From the NCBI GenBank assembly GCA_964304625.1, contig OZ199839.1:8402560-8466559 (forward strand): a stretch of 64,000 nt of DNA, given 5' to 3'. Shown here in pieces: positions 1 to 13,517 of the stretch. This DNA comes from Kudoa neothunni. Its lineage: Eukaryota > Animalia > Cnidaria. The notes below the pieces were generated by a model. The model saw nothing but the letters and a program-made list of their open reading frames with translations. It was not told the DNA's origin and did not search any database. Both the position numbers and the translations under genes were made by a program. Within the stretch, counting starts at the first letter, position 1. Each line of letters opens with the position of its first letter.

Positions 1-693
1 CTGGGATAATTAATTTAAGTAAATGCTGTGATGCACTGTAACCGAATGAACTACATCTCTCGATCAAAAAATAAATCTCTCTAATCGTAAAATAACTAGC
101 ACAGATGGTCACTCCTAACAGTTAACTATTTGCAATTAATATATTTATTGAGAAAGTTTGATCAATTAATTAAACAATCGATTCATCGAAAATACTCCAA
201 CTACTACTACTACTACTACTATCATCTACACTCAATAATTCGTCCCAACGAACAACTCCTCTACAACCGATACCACTCATAGAGATGGCATTAGGGTTGG
301 TGGAGTGTGATAGGATTTATGAGTCATCTCCGAACTAAAAATATGTAAATATAAATGATAAGCAGATCAGATATAGATAGAACATGATTGTGCCAGATGG
401 TCGGGTAACCTAAGGACAATCTAGTCGATTTAATAACTCGGTGAAATGCTCCAACAAACTCACACCCCACACATATCAATTAACTCTCAGGGTGAACAGA
501 GTTGATGTCTGTAGTTGTACAAACAGACGTTATAATATAGAAAAACATGCGTGTAATTAAGGGATTAAACCATTGGAAACCACACCCGAAGGTTTAATCA
601 GCAAATAGTGAGATTACGAGAGGATTCCGTGGTAGTACGCAGACGATACAGCAGCATTTGGTATCAAATTTGTCCAAATATATCTTGTTCATA

Positions 694-1815
<1,122 letters not shown>

Positions 1816-2558
1816 TAATTTTACGTTTAATCAGCAACAATAACACAAAGTCAATCTATTACTGCCACCACTACCAACCACACACACACACACACTTTTA
1901 TTTTCCACTCAAATGTTTGTCTATCTAATTACTTTGTGAATTTGATTCGTCATTATTCGTCGTCTCTGTTGGTGAACAACTTCATCAACTATTTTAATTT
2001 AGTCTTTTCGGTGGTAGACGTAATTTTCATTTTAGCTGTCAGTTATCTTGATTTATTATTGTCGTTTATATTTGTGTAGTGTTTTTAGTTGGCTCATTTT
2101 TATTCTTGGTAGATGTGATGTTTGAATGCACACAAGTTAATTACTCTAGTTCATTATTACATGAGGAATTATCCAAATTTGTGTTATTGTTTATATTTTT
2201 TTGATTCTTGAGAGAACTCTCTTCCAACGTTAGTTTTGTTAGAATTCTCAATTTCTTCCGGATTTGATTTATATATTAAAAATATATCAGTAGAACTTTT
2301 TATATGTATTGTTATCTTTTCTAGCTTTATAATAAATACTACTACAACAACCACAACCATATTAACAGCAATTGGTTTTGCACGAGTAGACTGAGGAAAA
2401 ATAAGTCAAACTAACATCCTTGGTGGAATGGAATTTGTTGCGTGTCTTTAGGGGTGTAGTATCTTTTTGCTGGCCAATCTTATTTTTATTCTATGAGCTT
2501 ATAATCTCATACTTAGAGGTCTGAGATGAAGTCGTTAGTTTTCTTTGAGTGAACTCCA

Positions 2559-2776
2559 GCATTAACATTCATATCAACATACATGTCAACATACATATCA
2601 GAATACATATCAACATACATATCAACATACATATCAACATACATATCAACATACATATCAACATACATATCAACATACATATCAACATACACATTAACAT
2701 ACATATCAACATACATATCAATATACACATTAACATACATATCAACATACATGTTAACATACGCATTAACACACAT
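2559..2776. repeat. 12-bp minisatellite (ACATACATATCA)n, about 18 units
   Basis: Directly visible tandem array with degenerate ends. It explains the spurious HINI/STYI/MYVD ORFs. Confidence 0.95.
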
Positions 2777-2810
2777 AGGAACTGTAATCTATGTAGTGCT
2801 CAAATATGGT

Positions 2811-2927
2811 TGTAGTGACCTCTGTATAATAATATAATAACTTGAATATTATGATCGGCCGTCGCCACGGGAGGGGTATTATTAGTTAGCGAATTGTGGT
2901 TTTATCGCGTGCCGCTGCGTCACTACA
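2811..2927. mobile_element. 117-bp solo LTR-like insertion
   Basis: Ends TGTAGTGAC...GTCACTACA (perfect 9-bp inverted repeat, TG..CA). Flanked by 5-bp direct repeat ATGGT (2806-2810, 2928-2932). Confidence 0.75.
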
Positions 2928-4371
2928 ATGGTGTTATCTAATTTTCAAATAAGATTCATCGAGAGCCTAAGTCTTATCTAATACTAGCGCGAACTGTCCA
3001 GCTTTTCATTATTTCCCTTAATAACATTCAAAAAATATATTAACGCTTGAAATTGATATATTGAAGCAGTCAAACTAAAAACTTTTTGAAGCATCGTGCT
3101 TTAACGTTTACGATTAACGAAATTAAAATCATGATCATATCTGTATAGGGGTGTTTCAAGCCCGACCATTTCCATTTATTAACAGTTATGTGGCCTGCAA
3201 TCGAAATTAAATGATTTCATGTCAGTGTTTATTTTTTGCGTTGTCGTGTTGTTTAAATCCCGTTAAAATGTTATCTCAAGTGATATTCTTTGGCTCCAGG
3301 AGAAGGTTCAAAGGTGAATTCATGCTCGGCAAGAATTTTAATGCACTTTTAGCCATAAACAGCTATAATTCGCCTCAACTTCGACATATATAATACAATT
3401 AATTGGATAAAGCAAAAGCACCACCGTCTGAATTGAATTTAATAATTGAATTTAATCACAGAAAGTTAAACTTAGCGGGTGATTTCACTGAAATCTACGG
3501 ACACAGTGTTTGTATTATAATGCTTCAATCTATCTCGTTATAGTATAAGCTATTAATTCGTTATTTATGAAACAAATAGAGATTTTTTGTCAAACTTAAA
3601 ACCATTAACAGAACTTTCAAAATATGCGTATCGAGTCAAATACGTTAAACTTCTGAAATAAAGTGTTTACTTGCGCAGAAACCCAAATAGACACGCCAAC
3701 CTTATATATAATAATTAATGACATCGTCTAGTTAACATTTAACGGAGCATATAAGGGCGAAAGTCAACTTCAATCGACCTTCACCATCACATAAGTAGAT
3801 GTTAATCCTACAATTGAACTCGTGTAATCCGATTTACAAATTTTGAAACGACAAAATTACTATATTCCAAACACTCTTGGGGACTTTTGGGTTGGAAAAA
3901 TAATTTAAAAATGTTTTGAAATATTGTGATTTTAAAACAACTATCATAAATACATCCCTATTGGGACAACTATTTTGTCGCAAATGCGTACTTGCTGACG
4001 CACACGGACACCACAACTTTATATGTATTCAAAATAGTAGATTTTTATGCAGTAACTATTTCACAGGTATCTGATATTCCCCTCGCAGAACTGGCTATTT
4101 CATAGGCAATTAATATCTCTAAAACTAATAGATAAAATTTATTTCAATTTTTTTAATTATCATAACTTCAATAAATATAATTTTTTAAAAATTTATAGAT
4201 AAATGTATACATTATTTATAGTGATATGAAGGTGACTGAATCCGCGGTATAATAGGTAACCGATAGTATATAATCCCCTCGGGCACTCAAAACAAAGTGA
4301 ATACTAAACGTTGCAGCAAGGGTGTTAAAACCTTGAGGTTTACCATTAGATCTTGGGATTTTTTTATTTTA

Positions 4372-5045
4372 GGCTAAATCGGTAATTGTGGAACGTTTGG
4401 CCTCTCTATTTTTAGCGTTTTTAGCGTTTTTTACGTTTTTTACGTTTTTAGCGTTTTTAGCGTTTTTAGCGTTTTTTACGTTTTTATACATTATTATAAT
4501 AGTTATTTTTACATTTTTCAATTAAAAATCACTCTTTAAGTACAGTTTTGGAACCAATGAATCAAATAACACTTAATAATTGCCTTTAATAATATAGCGT
4601 TCCGATCAGAAAAATTTATAATACTAAAAATAGGTATATTGCTTTAGTTGACGTAAAATGTAAATATAAAAATGTTGTGAGTATTTAGAATGTTTCAATA
4701 TTCCACATTCATAAACAACCGTTAAATATGACTTCATTTGAAGTTATTATCGGTAGGATATCATATATAATTATAATGAACATTTTAATGCATGATTAAT
4801 ATTCAAATATATATATTCCTTCATAGTGATATATGGAAACTGACGTTTAAAATGGAGATTATGATATTTACTACAACGTCAAATATGCGATTAAGAGAGA
4901 AATTAATTTTTTAGATTTTGGAATAAATTTTTATTCGCCCTAGATGAAAAGAATATGTAAGATTTTTTGGAACCGCTTTCAACGTAAAAAACTTTATAAA
5001 ACGCTAAAAATGGGGAGCCACAAGCTCCACAATACCACAATAGCC
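4372..5045. mobile_element. MITE-like element with degenerate ~45-bp TIRs and subterminal (TTTTTAGCG/TTTTTTACG)n array
   Basis: Left end GGCTAAATCGGTAATTGTGGAACGTTTGGCCTCTCTATTTTTAGCGTTT matches the reverse complement of right end AAACGCTAAAAATGGGGAGCCACAAGCTCCACAATACCACAATAGCC. No clear TSD. Confidence 0.6.
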
Positions 5046-7650
5046 GGGTTTTTTATTTATTTACAAAACTTGGAGATTATTGAGTTTTTTGAGATCATTT
5101 TATGGATAATAAGTTGTAGGATTATTTAAAAAGTAATATTTATTTTTGGATAATATGGGTAATTAAAATTTTTCCAAATATCAAAAAGATATCACGATCG
5201 TTGGTCACATGCGGCTTTCCGATTCTTGAATAATTGTTATTTGGTCAAATGTTCTTATTGTTCTGTGACAGTATTTGGGAATTTAAAAGTTATCTTAAAG
5301 TTTTCTAGTCTTTTAATAACATATTTCAAAGTTATTGACTTTATATTATTTCAAAGTATGAGTGGAAATTCAAACGGAATATGAAAGAGAGCGTGGTATA
5401 GTATTTGTTTCAATCAAGGTTGGTTAATGGTGGATATTAAAGATGCTAAGGGCGGCAATTCCAGCTGTTGAAAATGCTGTAGAGTAGCGGTTCCGTGAAT
5501 TATTTAAATAAAATCTGAATCATATTTTATTAACATACATTCATTATAATAAGGTATTTCTTAACATTAACATAATTATTAAAAATTTCAAATATATCCT
5601 TAGTTTATTATTGTTTTTTCTAAATATTTTATATTTATTACAAAATTTCCCTGTGTTTTTCAATTATTTTGAAAACAAATCTATAAAATCAAAAGTTGTT
5701 CGGATGGTTATTTGTTACAAACTAAAAATTTAAAAAAAATATTTCTAAATTTTGAAGATTATGCAATTATAATAATTACTCCTTTTACAACAGCTTATTA
5801 TTGCGAAACTAGATTTACATGCTTGTTACCATAAAAACACTCTCGAAATCGCTTATATGCGTGTTGCTTATTCAAATGTTTTGTCAGAATTCTGTGAAAT
5901 CATTGATAAAAACCAACTTCCAAAACATTATTAAATTTTCTTTAAATGTCTATTATATAATAATCATTCCATTGTTTATTCTTTATTTTAATCAACACAT
6001 TAATTAACAAAAATAGATATTTTATACAGCAACGATATCTCGATTATTATATGATCATTTTTCAATTAGAAATTTGATACGGATTTTATTTTTAAACATA
6101 TATATATATATATATATAATAATTCAACTAATTTCGTTAAATTTTTTATTTTTAAAATTATGCGTCATTGCCTATACCTGGTTAGAATTTTAATAACTTT
6201 TAAAAAATTACATGGAAGGATTTCATAGTTGTTAATTTTATTTAATACAAAAAATAATTCGTAAATTGGTGAGTTAAACTTTTAATTATATATATTTTAA
6301 AACAAAATCACTATATAATTCATTTACATAATAATTTTTTTAATAAAATTGAGGATATTAGATTAATAGTTTATGTTAACACGTTTGTTCCTACATTTTC
6401 CTGTTGAATCGAAAATTTATTGAATTAAACTAACATCAAAATTATATATAATTTGAAATTGTTTTTAATCTTTTTATTAAAATGAAAAATGGGCACGAAA
6501 AGGTTATAAAACTTGTAAGTATATTGGAATATATATTAAAACAAAAGGGGGTCCGCGAGGAAGAAATGTTAGGAAGCACCGATCTAGAACAATTATTATT
6601 GAATCGCATAATTTAAGAATAATTTCTATACGAATATTCATTATATTACAGACGACTGTTTTTATATTTATTGTATTAAACAAGAATGAAATTCACTTCA
6701 ATTTTATTAGCTCTAAGTTACAATGTCAATGATTATAATTGGTGAAGTCTGTCCAAAGTGTAAACTTATAGGATAGTTGTCGGAAAATAAGAGCCAATAT
6801 TAATTTAAGTTTCGATTTTATTAAATTTTTTAAAAAACACGGTATAGTTGGAGATTATATTGTGAAATAATAACGTGATCTTAAAAATAAAATCGCCTTT
6901 TAAAATTTTCTAATGCGAGCTGAAAAATTGAGATTGTGAATTTCTAGTTACTGTTTAACAACTTTATTTAATTTTCATTGATATAAAAATTAAAATTATT
7001 AAATATAGAGTCTAAGTAATATAATCTTTTTCTAAAATAAGTTTTAAATTTGATATTTGAGTTTAAAGCGCGGTCGGTTATCGAAAGAGAAAATATCTGT
7101 TCTCAAGGTGATTTATTATCTTATAAATAACAAAATTTCTTATAGAATTTGATGAAAATAATTATAATATAATAAATACTAATTCTCGGAGAATATCAAT
7201 AAGCAGGCAATCATTATTACACAGAATTAAATTTAGAAAATAATAATTAATTATTATTTAATTTTATATCAAATAGTTTAATTCTACTAAATAGTAATAT
7301 TATAATTATATTTTAATTTTACAATATTCTTACTTGCGGATTTCAAAATAATACAAGACTTTATACAAGTTTTAATTCGCTAATTTAATGATTAGAATTT
7401 TTTAGCCACGTTTATATATATAAATAAAAAATACGATTTTTTTTATGATGACGTTAAGATAGTATACTTATTCTTTGATTGTTTAAAAAATAATAATTAT
7501 TGAAAACAATAAAATTATAACTACATTTAATTAAAAAAATTATGAACCTAAGTAGATAAATTATACTAGGAAACAAAGTTAAATTATAGAATTAGCCGGG
7601 TTTGTTTCAAGAAATTTTCCAGTTGAAATAGTCAAATAGTCAATAGTCAA

Positions 7651-7688
7651 ATAAATAAATAAATAAATAAACAAACAAACAAACAAAC
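7651..7688. repeat. compound microsatellite (AAAT)n(AAAC)n
   Basis: Directly visible. Confidence 0.9.
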
Positions 7689-8020
7689 GTTATCAATAAG
7701 TAGACGCATATAACAATAAAGTTTCTTGATACATACCGAAATTTTTCTAAATCGGCTTAGAAATACATAAAAAAAGAAATAAGTGAATTTACAGTATTTT
7801 TAGAAATATCATCAATATTTTTGTAATGATTAAAATTAAACAAATACGCTGTTAATTCATTTAGAATTTAAAAATAAGTTGCATATTAAATAGTATCAAC
7901 ATTCAAAAAACAAACCGCATATGAAAAAATGGAACATAAGAGCCGCAATCAATAATTCTCAAATACATTTCCAAAACATATGACTACAACTAATTTTTAT
8001 TCATGTGTAACTACGTCTAT

Positions 8021-8739
8021 CTATATAAGATGTTCGGGTGGGTTTGGTTTATAATATTCCATGTAAAAAGAGTGATTTTCTCCTTCCACATGCCGAGGAT
8101 AATAGCTGCCTCTTTTATTTTTATCTCTTTTAAGGCGGTAGATGTAGAGAATGATCATCACAAAAAATGTGACTATAATTATCACCACAATCACACTTAG
8201 AATGATTTTGGTAGCCCTTGATCTTTTTAGTTTTTGTTCCTCTTCGGGACTTTTTGTGGTTTTGCGTCTTCGGATTGAAGCGGCTCTGATGTAAGTCGAT
8301 CCTATTCAAGTGTTAGAATGTGTTGTTAATTTTGTTCTAGGTCAATTCTCACGTTTTACTAATATTATTTCATTATTTTCAAATAAAGCGCAATAAATAT
8401 TTACTCTGGGGATTTTTAAAATTGTCCAAAACCTAGAATTTAGTTAACATCGTTATCTGTATGTGAATCCGCTCAAAAACACCTTATTAATCACATATTT
8501 CTCTGAGGGATTGCAATCTTTATTGATAAAAATTATGACTCATACAATAATAGTTTTACTTGAGTTGATGAGATGTTTTGAGGTCATTCGACTCTCGGAC
8601 CTATAACCTACTAAGCGGTAAAAGTCCCCAATACAATTTACTCGATAGAATTTGGTTGCGACGCGATATTACCACAACCAACATAAAATTCCATAACTCC
8701 CAACACACTCAGCACTAACATTATACCGTTAGGATTCAT
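8021..8739 (-). CDS. miniature Crumbs-like single-pass membrane protein, 160 aa, 5 exons (8739-8642, 8600-8560, 8517-8483, 8432-8405, 8301-8021)
   Basis: Four GT-AG introns (41, 42, 50, 103 nt) join in phase into 483 nt. The protein has a hydrophobic N-terminus, a short ectodomain, TM IILSVIVVIIIVTFFVMIILYIY and tail RLKRDKNKRGSYYPRHVEGENHSFYMEYYKPNPPEHLI*. The tail matches the Crumbs FERM motif GxYxPxxxE and PDZ motif E[R/H]LI. Confidence 0.8.
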
Positions 8740-8987
8740 TGTGTTACCTCCTATTTAACTTTATGGTTGATAACTGTGCGTGAACAACCTTCATTATACT
8801 CTTATCAACTATAGTAACGCTGGTTTGTTTATTAAGTTATTCTCAATTATGCTTATATTGGTCGTCCATAGAGTTCAATATCGATCCATAGAAGCACCAT
8901 CAAAACAGACAGTTTAACACTGTGATGCTGTGTTTAATTAAATTATTATCGCTGCGTTAGAGACGAAACAATATTGGAGCCATAACC

Positions 8988-10464
8988 TTACCACCAATTA
9001 CTAACAGAAAAACTAACACTTAATGATTCCACATAATGCCACCAAGAGTGAGGTATATACAGAATATCACCCTGTTCCACAATGCATTCCAAATAGTTTA
9101 TATTTTTGAAGAGTGGGTATTTTTCGGTGTTGGGATTGACAACATCAACCTGCATGAATTCAAATAGAAATTATATTGATGGGAGTCCTCATTAAAAATA
9201 CTTGACTTGTGTTGTGAAATTGATAATGATCGTGAGGATACATTTGTTGATTGTATTCAGGACTTACCAGATGGAAATATTTTGATCCAACGATCTGACA
9301 GAACACATTGTCGTAGGCATCAGTGTGAGAAGGGGAAACGGTGTGGGAGGGTCCAACCCAAAAATTCTGAATCACCTTATTGTTATTATTCTCTATCCAA
9401 CAGTAGTCGGGGATACTAAAACCAAACAACTCAGCTATTGCACCACACATCATCGTACAATATCTCGTTAGCCAATTCAGGGATCTGCTGAAATAGATTG
9501 TGTTGGGCCAGATAATAGGTAGTGGATGTGTTGGTACAGCAACGAAAAAAATCTTGGATAGTCATAAATTTCTGCCACCATTCTCCATCAGTATAACTAC
9601 TACCAACTTCAACCGGCACAGTTCGATGAGCGAACCTCCTACATTACGAATAACAGTATCAGACAGTTGTCTTTTGTTTCCACATCGAACCACACTAATA
9701 AATACTCCTACCTCATCCACACATCAAAATTCCACAATTTATCTTTCACAGCAGGCCATTCATTCATATAGCCTTTGATTAGAACCGGTTTCTTTTGATA
9801 ATATTCCCTCAAAAATGTGTCCAATCCAAGCTTTTCCTTGGTATCTACTGGATATTTAATAGAATATTTGGTGTTCGGGGATCGGTTTGAATTCACAGCC
9901 ATTTCTGAATTAGAATCTACATCAATATCAGCACCAAAAAATTAATCAGTCTTATTGCCATAATAGTATACTTGGATCAGTTGACAATGAGTCAATGTCC
10001 ATCAACAAACTGTTCACATAAGAGGCACAAATTGTTAACAAATTCGCCCCTCTGTTACCATCCCCACATATATTAGAAATGGGCGCACCCAATAAAAGAC
10101 CGTAATCCAATGTGAGTAAAGAGTTTTTTAGTGAATCCGTTTTTAAGTGTACATAACTTTTTAACAACGATATCCATGAATATAATTGACGAAAATGAAT
10201 GTCAACAGTTTTCCATTCGTAACTGTTGAATATCTCATCCAATAAGTATAATATTGTAGTGAGTGCTTTCAAAATTTTATCACTCCATTCAACATTATTT
10301 AAGTCCGCTTGATGGTCAATCCAATAAACACATTTCGAATACAGACGCTCTATTAGATTTAGACAAATTTGTTCGGTTTGACGTATATTTTTTGGAATTA
10401 TTGTTAGATGCGCCCATTTTTCGTGTGATATTATAATGTTTTCCGAGAAAAAAATGTCTACCAT
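8988..10464 (-). CDS. KDM8: JmjC-domain hydroxylase KDM8/JMJD5, 5 exons (start could be 10500)
   Basis: Spliced motifs LDYGLLLGAPI, KPVLIKGYMNEWPA, HRTVPVEVGSSYTD, YLAQHNLFQQIPEL, WVGPSHTVSPSHTD (HxD), GDILYIPHSWWHYV (distal H) and SFSVSNWW*. Confidence 0.92.
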
Positions 10465-10573
10465 AAGAAAAAATAATAAAAAATATGGTTGCGTGCGCAT
10501 GCCACTACTCCCTAAAGTTAAGTTAAGTTAGGTTACAGTTACAGTTACAGTTAAGTTAGAATTTGTGAGTTAA
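10465..10573. promoter_or_regulatory. compact bidirectional promoter with NRF1-like GCGTGCGCATGC and GTTA(A/CA/G) repeats
   Basis: About 110 bp separate the divergent start codons of KDM8 and ATP6V0E. Motif at 10490-10502, repeats at 10517-10559. Confidence 0.55.
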
Positions 10574-10934
10574 ATGAATGCTAGTTGGATAATTCTTATA
10601 GCGGTCACTGTGTGTTGGCTGTTGCTAACTTTTGTGGTACCATTTTTCGTATGGACAAGGACACAAATGTAATTTAGCCCATGGTTTGTGTTATAAGCGG
10701 AATTTGATAATATTTGATATTTTATCGGTAGGATGATACGAGTATCTATTGCGATGACCGCTACTTGTATCTATTTGTCGTAATTTTTTTTCTTTTATCG
10801 ATCTGAATTCATTACTATAAAATCACATTTGTTGTAGATGGCTATGTATGTATTGCTTCCAGCTGAACCCCCTAGTTGGACCCCAGATGAAACCGAACCT
10901 GATACTCAACTTGATCCCTATTTGGAGAAATTGA
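10574..10934 (+). CDS. ATP6V0E: V-type ATPase V0 subunit e, 3 exons
   Basis: Spliced MNASWIILIAVTVCWLLLTFVVPFFVWTRTQM|MIRVSIAMTATCIYLS|WLCMYCFQLNPLVGPQMKPN...WRN*: two TM helices plus the QLNPLxGP signature. Not in the ORF track. Confidence 0.9.
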
Positions 10935-12432
10935 TGCGTCATTGAACGATTTTTTATTCGTTTATAATGCCAAAGTTTGGGGATTTTTAATGGATAAAAT
11001 TTTTATTGGCATACTGTTTGAACCTATTTTTATATGATATCAATGTGGTTGTTTCTATAAGCCGTCATTGTATCGTGAGCAACGGATTGCGCGCATTTGA
11101 TGTCATCTCTTTTAATTCTCTATCTAAATTTGTAGTTTTTATTTTATTATAATTAGTAGATGATGCATTAATGTGAATATTTCCATATTTCCAATTTTTT
11201 AATTTCATATTGATTAATAAATGAACAAATGAACATAAGGGGGAAATTTTACAAAAATTTTTGCCTGATTTTATCATCTTAGACGTAAATAGGCCGAATT
11301 GGTGGAAAAATATAATTGCGGCATAAAAATATGGTAGGCACTTCATTTTATACATGCTAGACTTTAGATTGTTTAAAAACTTTTTATATTGCAGTTTAGG
11401 AGTTTAAAAGTGTTTTCACAAAAATACTTATAAAAATTCGACGTTTTAATCAAAATTAATAAATTTCAAATAGTTAAAGTGAGAAATAATAATATCACGT
11501 GATCGATGGATTTTACACATTTACCTTGATTATCTGTTGATTCATTTACCTATTCGAAAAACGATTAGGAAAGGAAGGTGGCAACAATTAATGGAATATA
11601 GTTACAATTATGGAAGAGAAATAGAAAATAATAAAATATTTTAAACATAAATTTCGAATAATACAAATTTGAATGAAATTTTATGTAGGATAGAGCAAAT
11701 AATTTCTATTCTTGGAGGAAGGCCGGAATACAATAAAATATAATGGATCGAACATTGATAATGAATAGAACGCTTATTGTTTGATAAAAGCTAGAAAATG
11801 AATATCCTGCTTCTGATATCATAAATAACAAAATGAGACCTATGGTTGGCTTAATGGCATTAAATACCAATTTAATTGAAGAAAAATTAATCTTCATGAC
11901 ATAGTTTTAGATGAGGTTTTCAAAGCTGTTGAAAATCCAAAAAGAATTTCCAAGTGATTCTTAAGTTGTTTCGTGCTTAATGTTCATTTAAAATTTAAAT
12001 GAACAAGAAGAAATATTTCACCTCAATGGCGCTCTTTTTTGATAATTTCATTCAAAATAATTTTAAAATATATTGTTCCATGTGAAACTTGAGATTATAA
12101 TTTTTTGGGATTCCTTTTATTGTTTAGAACGATCCATATCCGCAATATGTCCTCAAAGTTACCTCACACTAATACACCAAAATTTACTGAATTTACACTC
12201 TAAGAAGGACCGGTTTGGAATAATAATTCACAGCTTAATAAATCGTGTGATATTTAAAAAAGCGTTGGTTAACTAAGCCTTTTCTCATTATATTTTAACA
12301 AAAAGTAATAGTAATAATAAAAAAACAAAAGGTCAAATCATGATTTTATCATTAGAAACAATCGTTTCTAACAACTAAATGTATTATTTATATTGGTAAA
12401 TTGACGAAAACTAGTATGACACATTAGTTTAA

Positions 12433-13517
12433 CCCTCTAATGTACTAAAATTCAACTGCATTCCGACGAATTTTGGAGTAACAAATTACTCCCTATTTTT
12501 ATTATTCCATTCGAAACATAAATAATATTTAATTTCAGAAAATACATATAGGTAAAATTATAAAGCTATATTCAGCTGTAAAACAACTAACATCTGAAGT
12601 AGTAATCCTACGAAGATTGTATTCGTTATAATCAGCCCTGACAATTTTCGATTAAATCTTGATGTTTGAGTAGATTTCACACGAATTTCATGCATGAATA
12701 GTTGAATTATTATTTTCGCAACAAAATAAAATATTTAATGAGAATAAGATTTTCAAACACTCGGAATGAATTTTGCGACAATGTTTGATTGGGTACATTT
12801 GAAACAAAAAGTGGTTTTCTCATCAATTTTCCGTAAACAAAATTCACACCTTGAGAATCTTGTTTGTGAATTTTGTTTTCTGGGTTCTAGAGGAATAGAT
12901 AAAGAAGAACTCTTAGGATTTTTGATTTTACGGATATTTCTCTCCATCAATGATTCATATAGTAACTTTTCCAGGCTATATTATCACCAGAATTTTTTTA
13001 TATACGGAGAACGCATTTTCAAGTTAACATATCCACCAAATGGAAGAACATCACCATTCGTCATGTTTACTCATTGAGAATCGACCCGAACTCTCAAACT
13101 TTTCAATATCGTAAGATTCTTCCGACATATCGGTTTTAAATTATTCATAATCACTTTTAAAGAATTTTATTCGTCATTTTAACTATTATCGGTGAAATCC
13201 ATCTCCATTACCACAAAGATAAAATTAAAAACTGAAGTCACGCGACAGTTAGGAGAGGTAATAACTGTACAACTTTGAATCTACTCATCGAATAAACCCA
13301 ATATTTGATTTATTTAATAATAATGATTATTTTAACTATCAATCAGTGTGAAAAGGAACTGGGACGATCTTTTAACCCAAGGATTCATTACACCCCAATT
13401 TTTAGGGTGAAAACTTGTTATAATTTACCTGATTTTACATTTTTAGTCATAATATTTTAAAATCATGTTAGATAACTTTTTGTTAGAGTAAAAATTCACA
13501 CCAAATTCATTAGAGGG
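12433..13517 (-). mobile_element. internally deleted piggyBac derivative
   Basis: TTAA-CCCTCTAATG ... CATTAGAGGG-TTAA (10-bp TIR, TTAA TSD). Minus-strand remnant RCEFCLRKIDEKTTFCFKC resembles the piggyBac Cys-rich domain. Confidence 0.8.

Noticed and set aside
1-560. Possible minus-strand exons (e.g. IVLRLPDHLAQS) divergent from Rac
   Set aside because: Splice-like signals exist, but I could not join a stop-free frame. It may be UTR or an unresolved gene.
2513-2837. Repetitive ORFs (HINI, STYI, MYVD, MLIC)
   Set aside because: Translations of the 12-bp minisatellite; no evidence of coding. Not a CRISPR array because there are no spacers.
3146-3960. hAT-like TAGGGRTGT inverted ends
   Set aside because: Match is only about 9 bp and there is no 8-bp TSD.
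6546-6587. Charlie/hAT-like terminus GGGGTCCGCGAG
   Set aside because: No partner end or coding remnant identified.
10517-10559. Telomere-like repeat
   Set aside because: Units are GTTAA/GTTACA with a single TTAGG; not a telomeric array.
11380-12300. Possible decayed DNA transposase
   Set aside because: Only faint motif resemblance; cannot be supported without a profile search.
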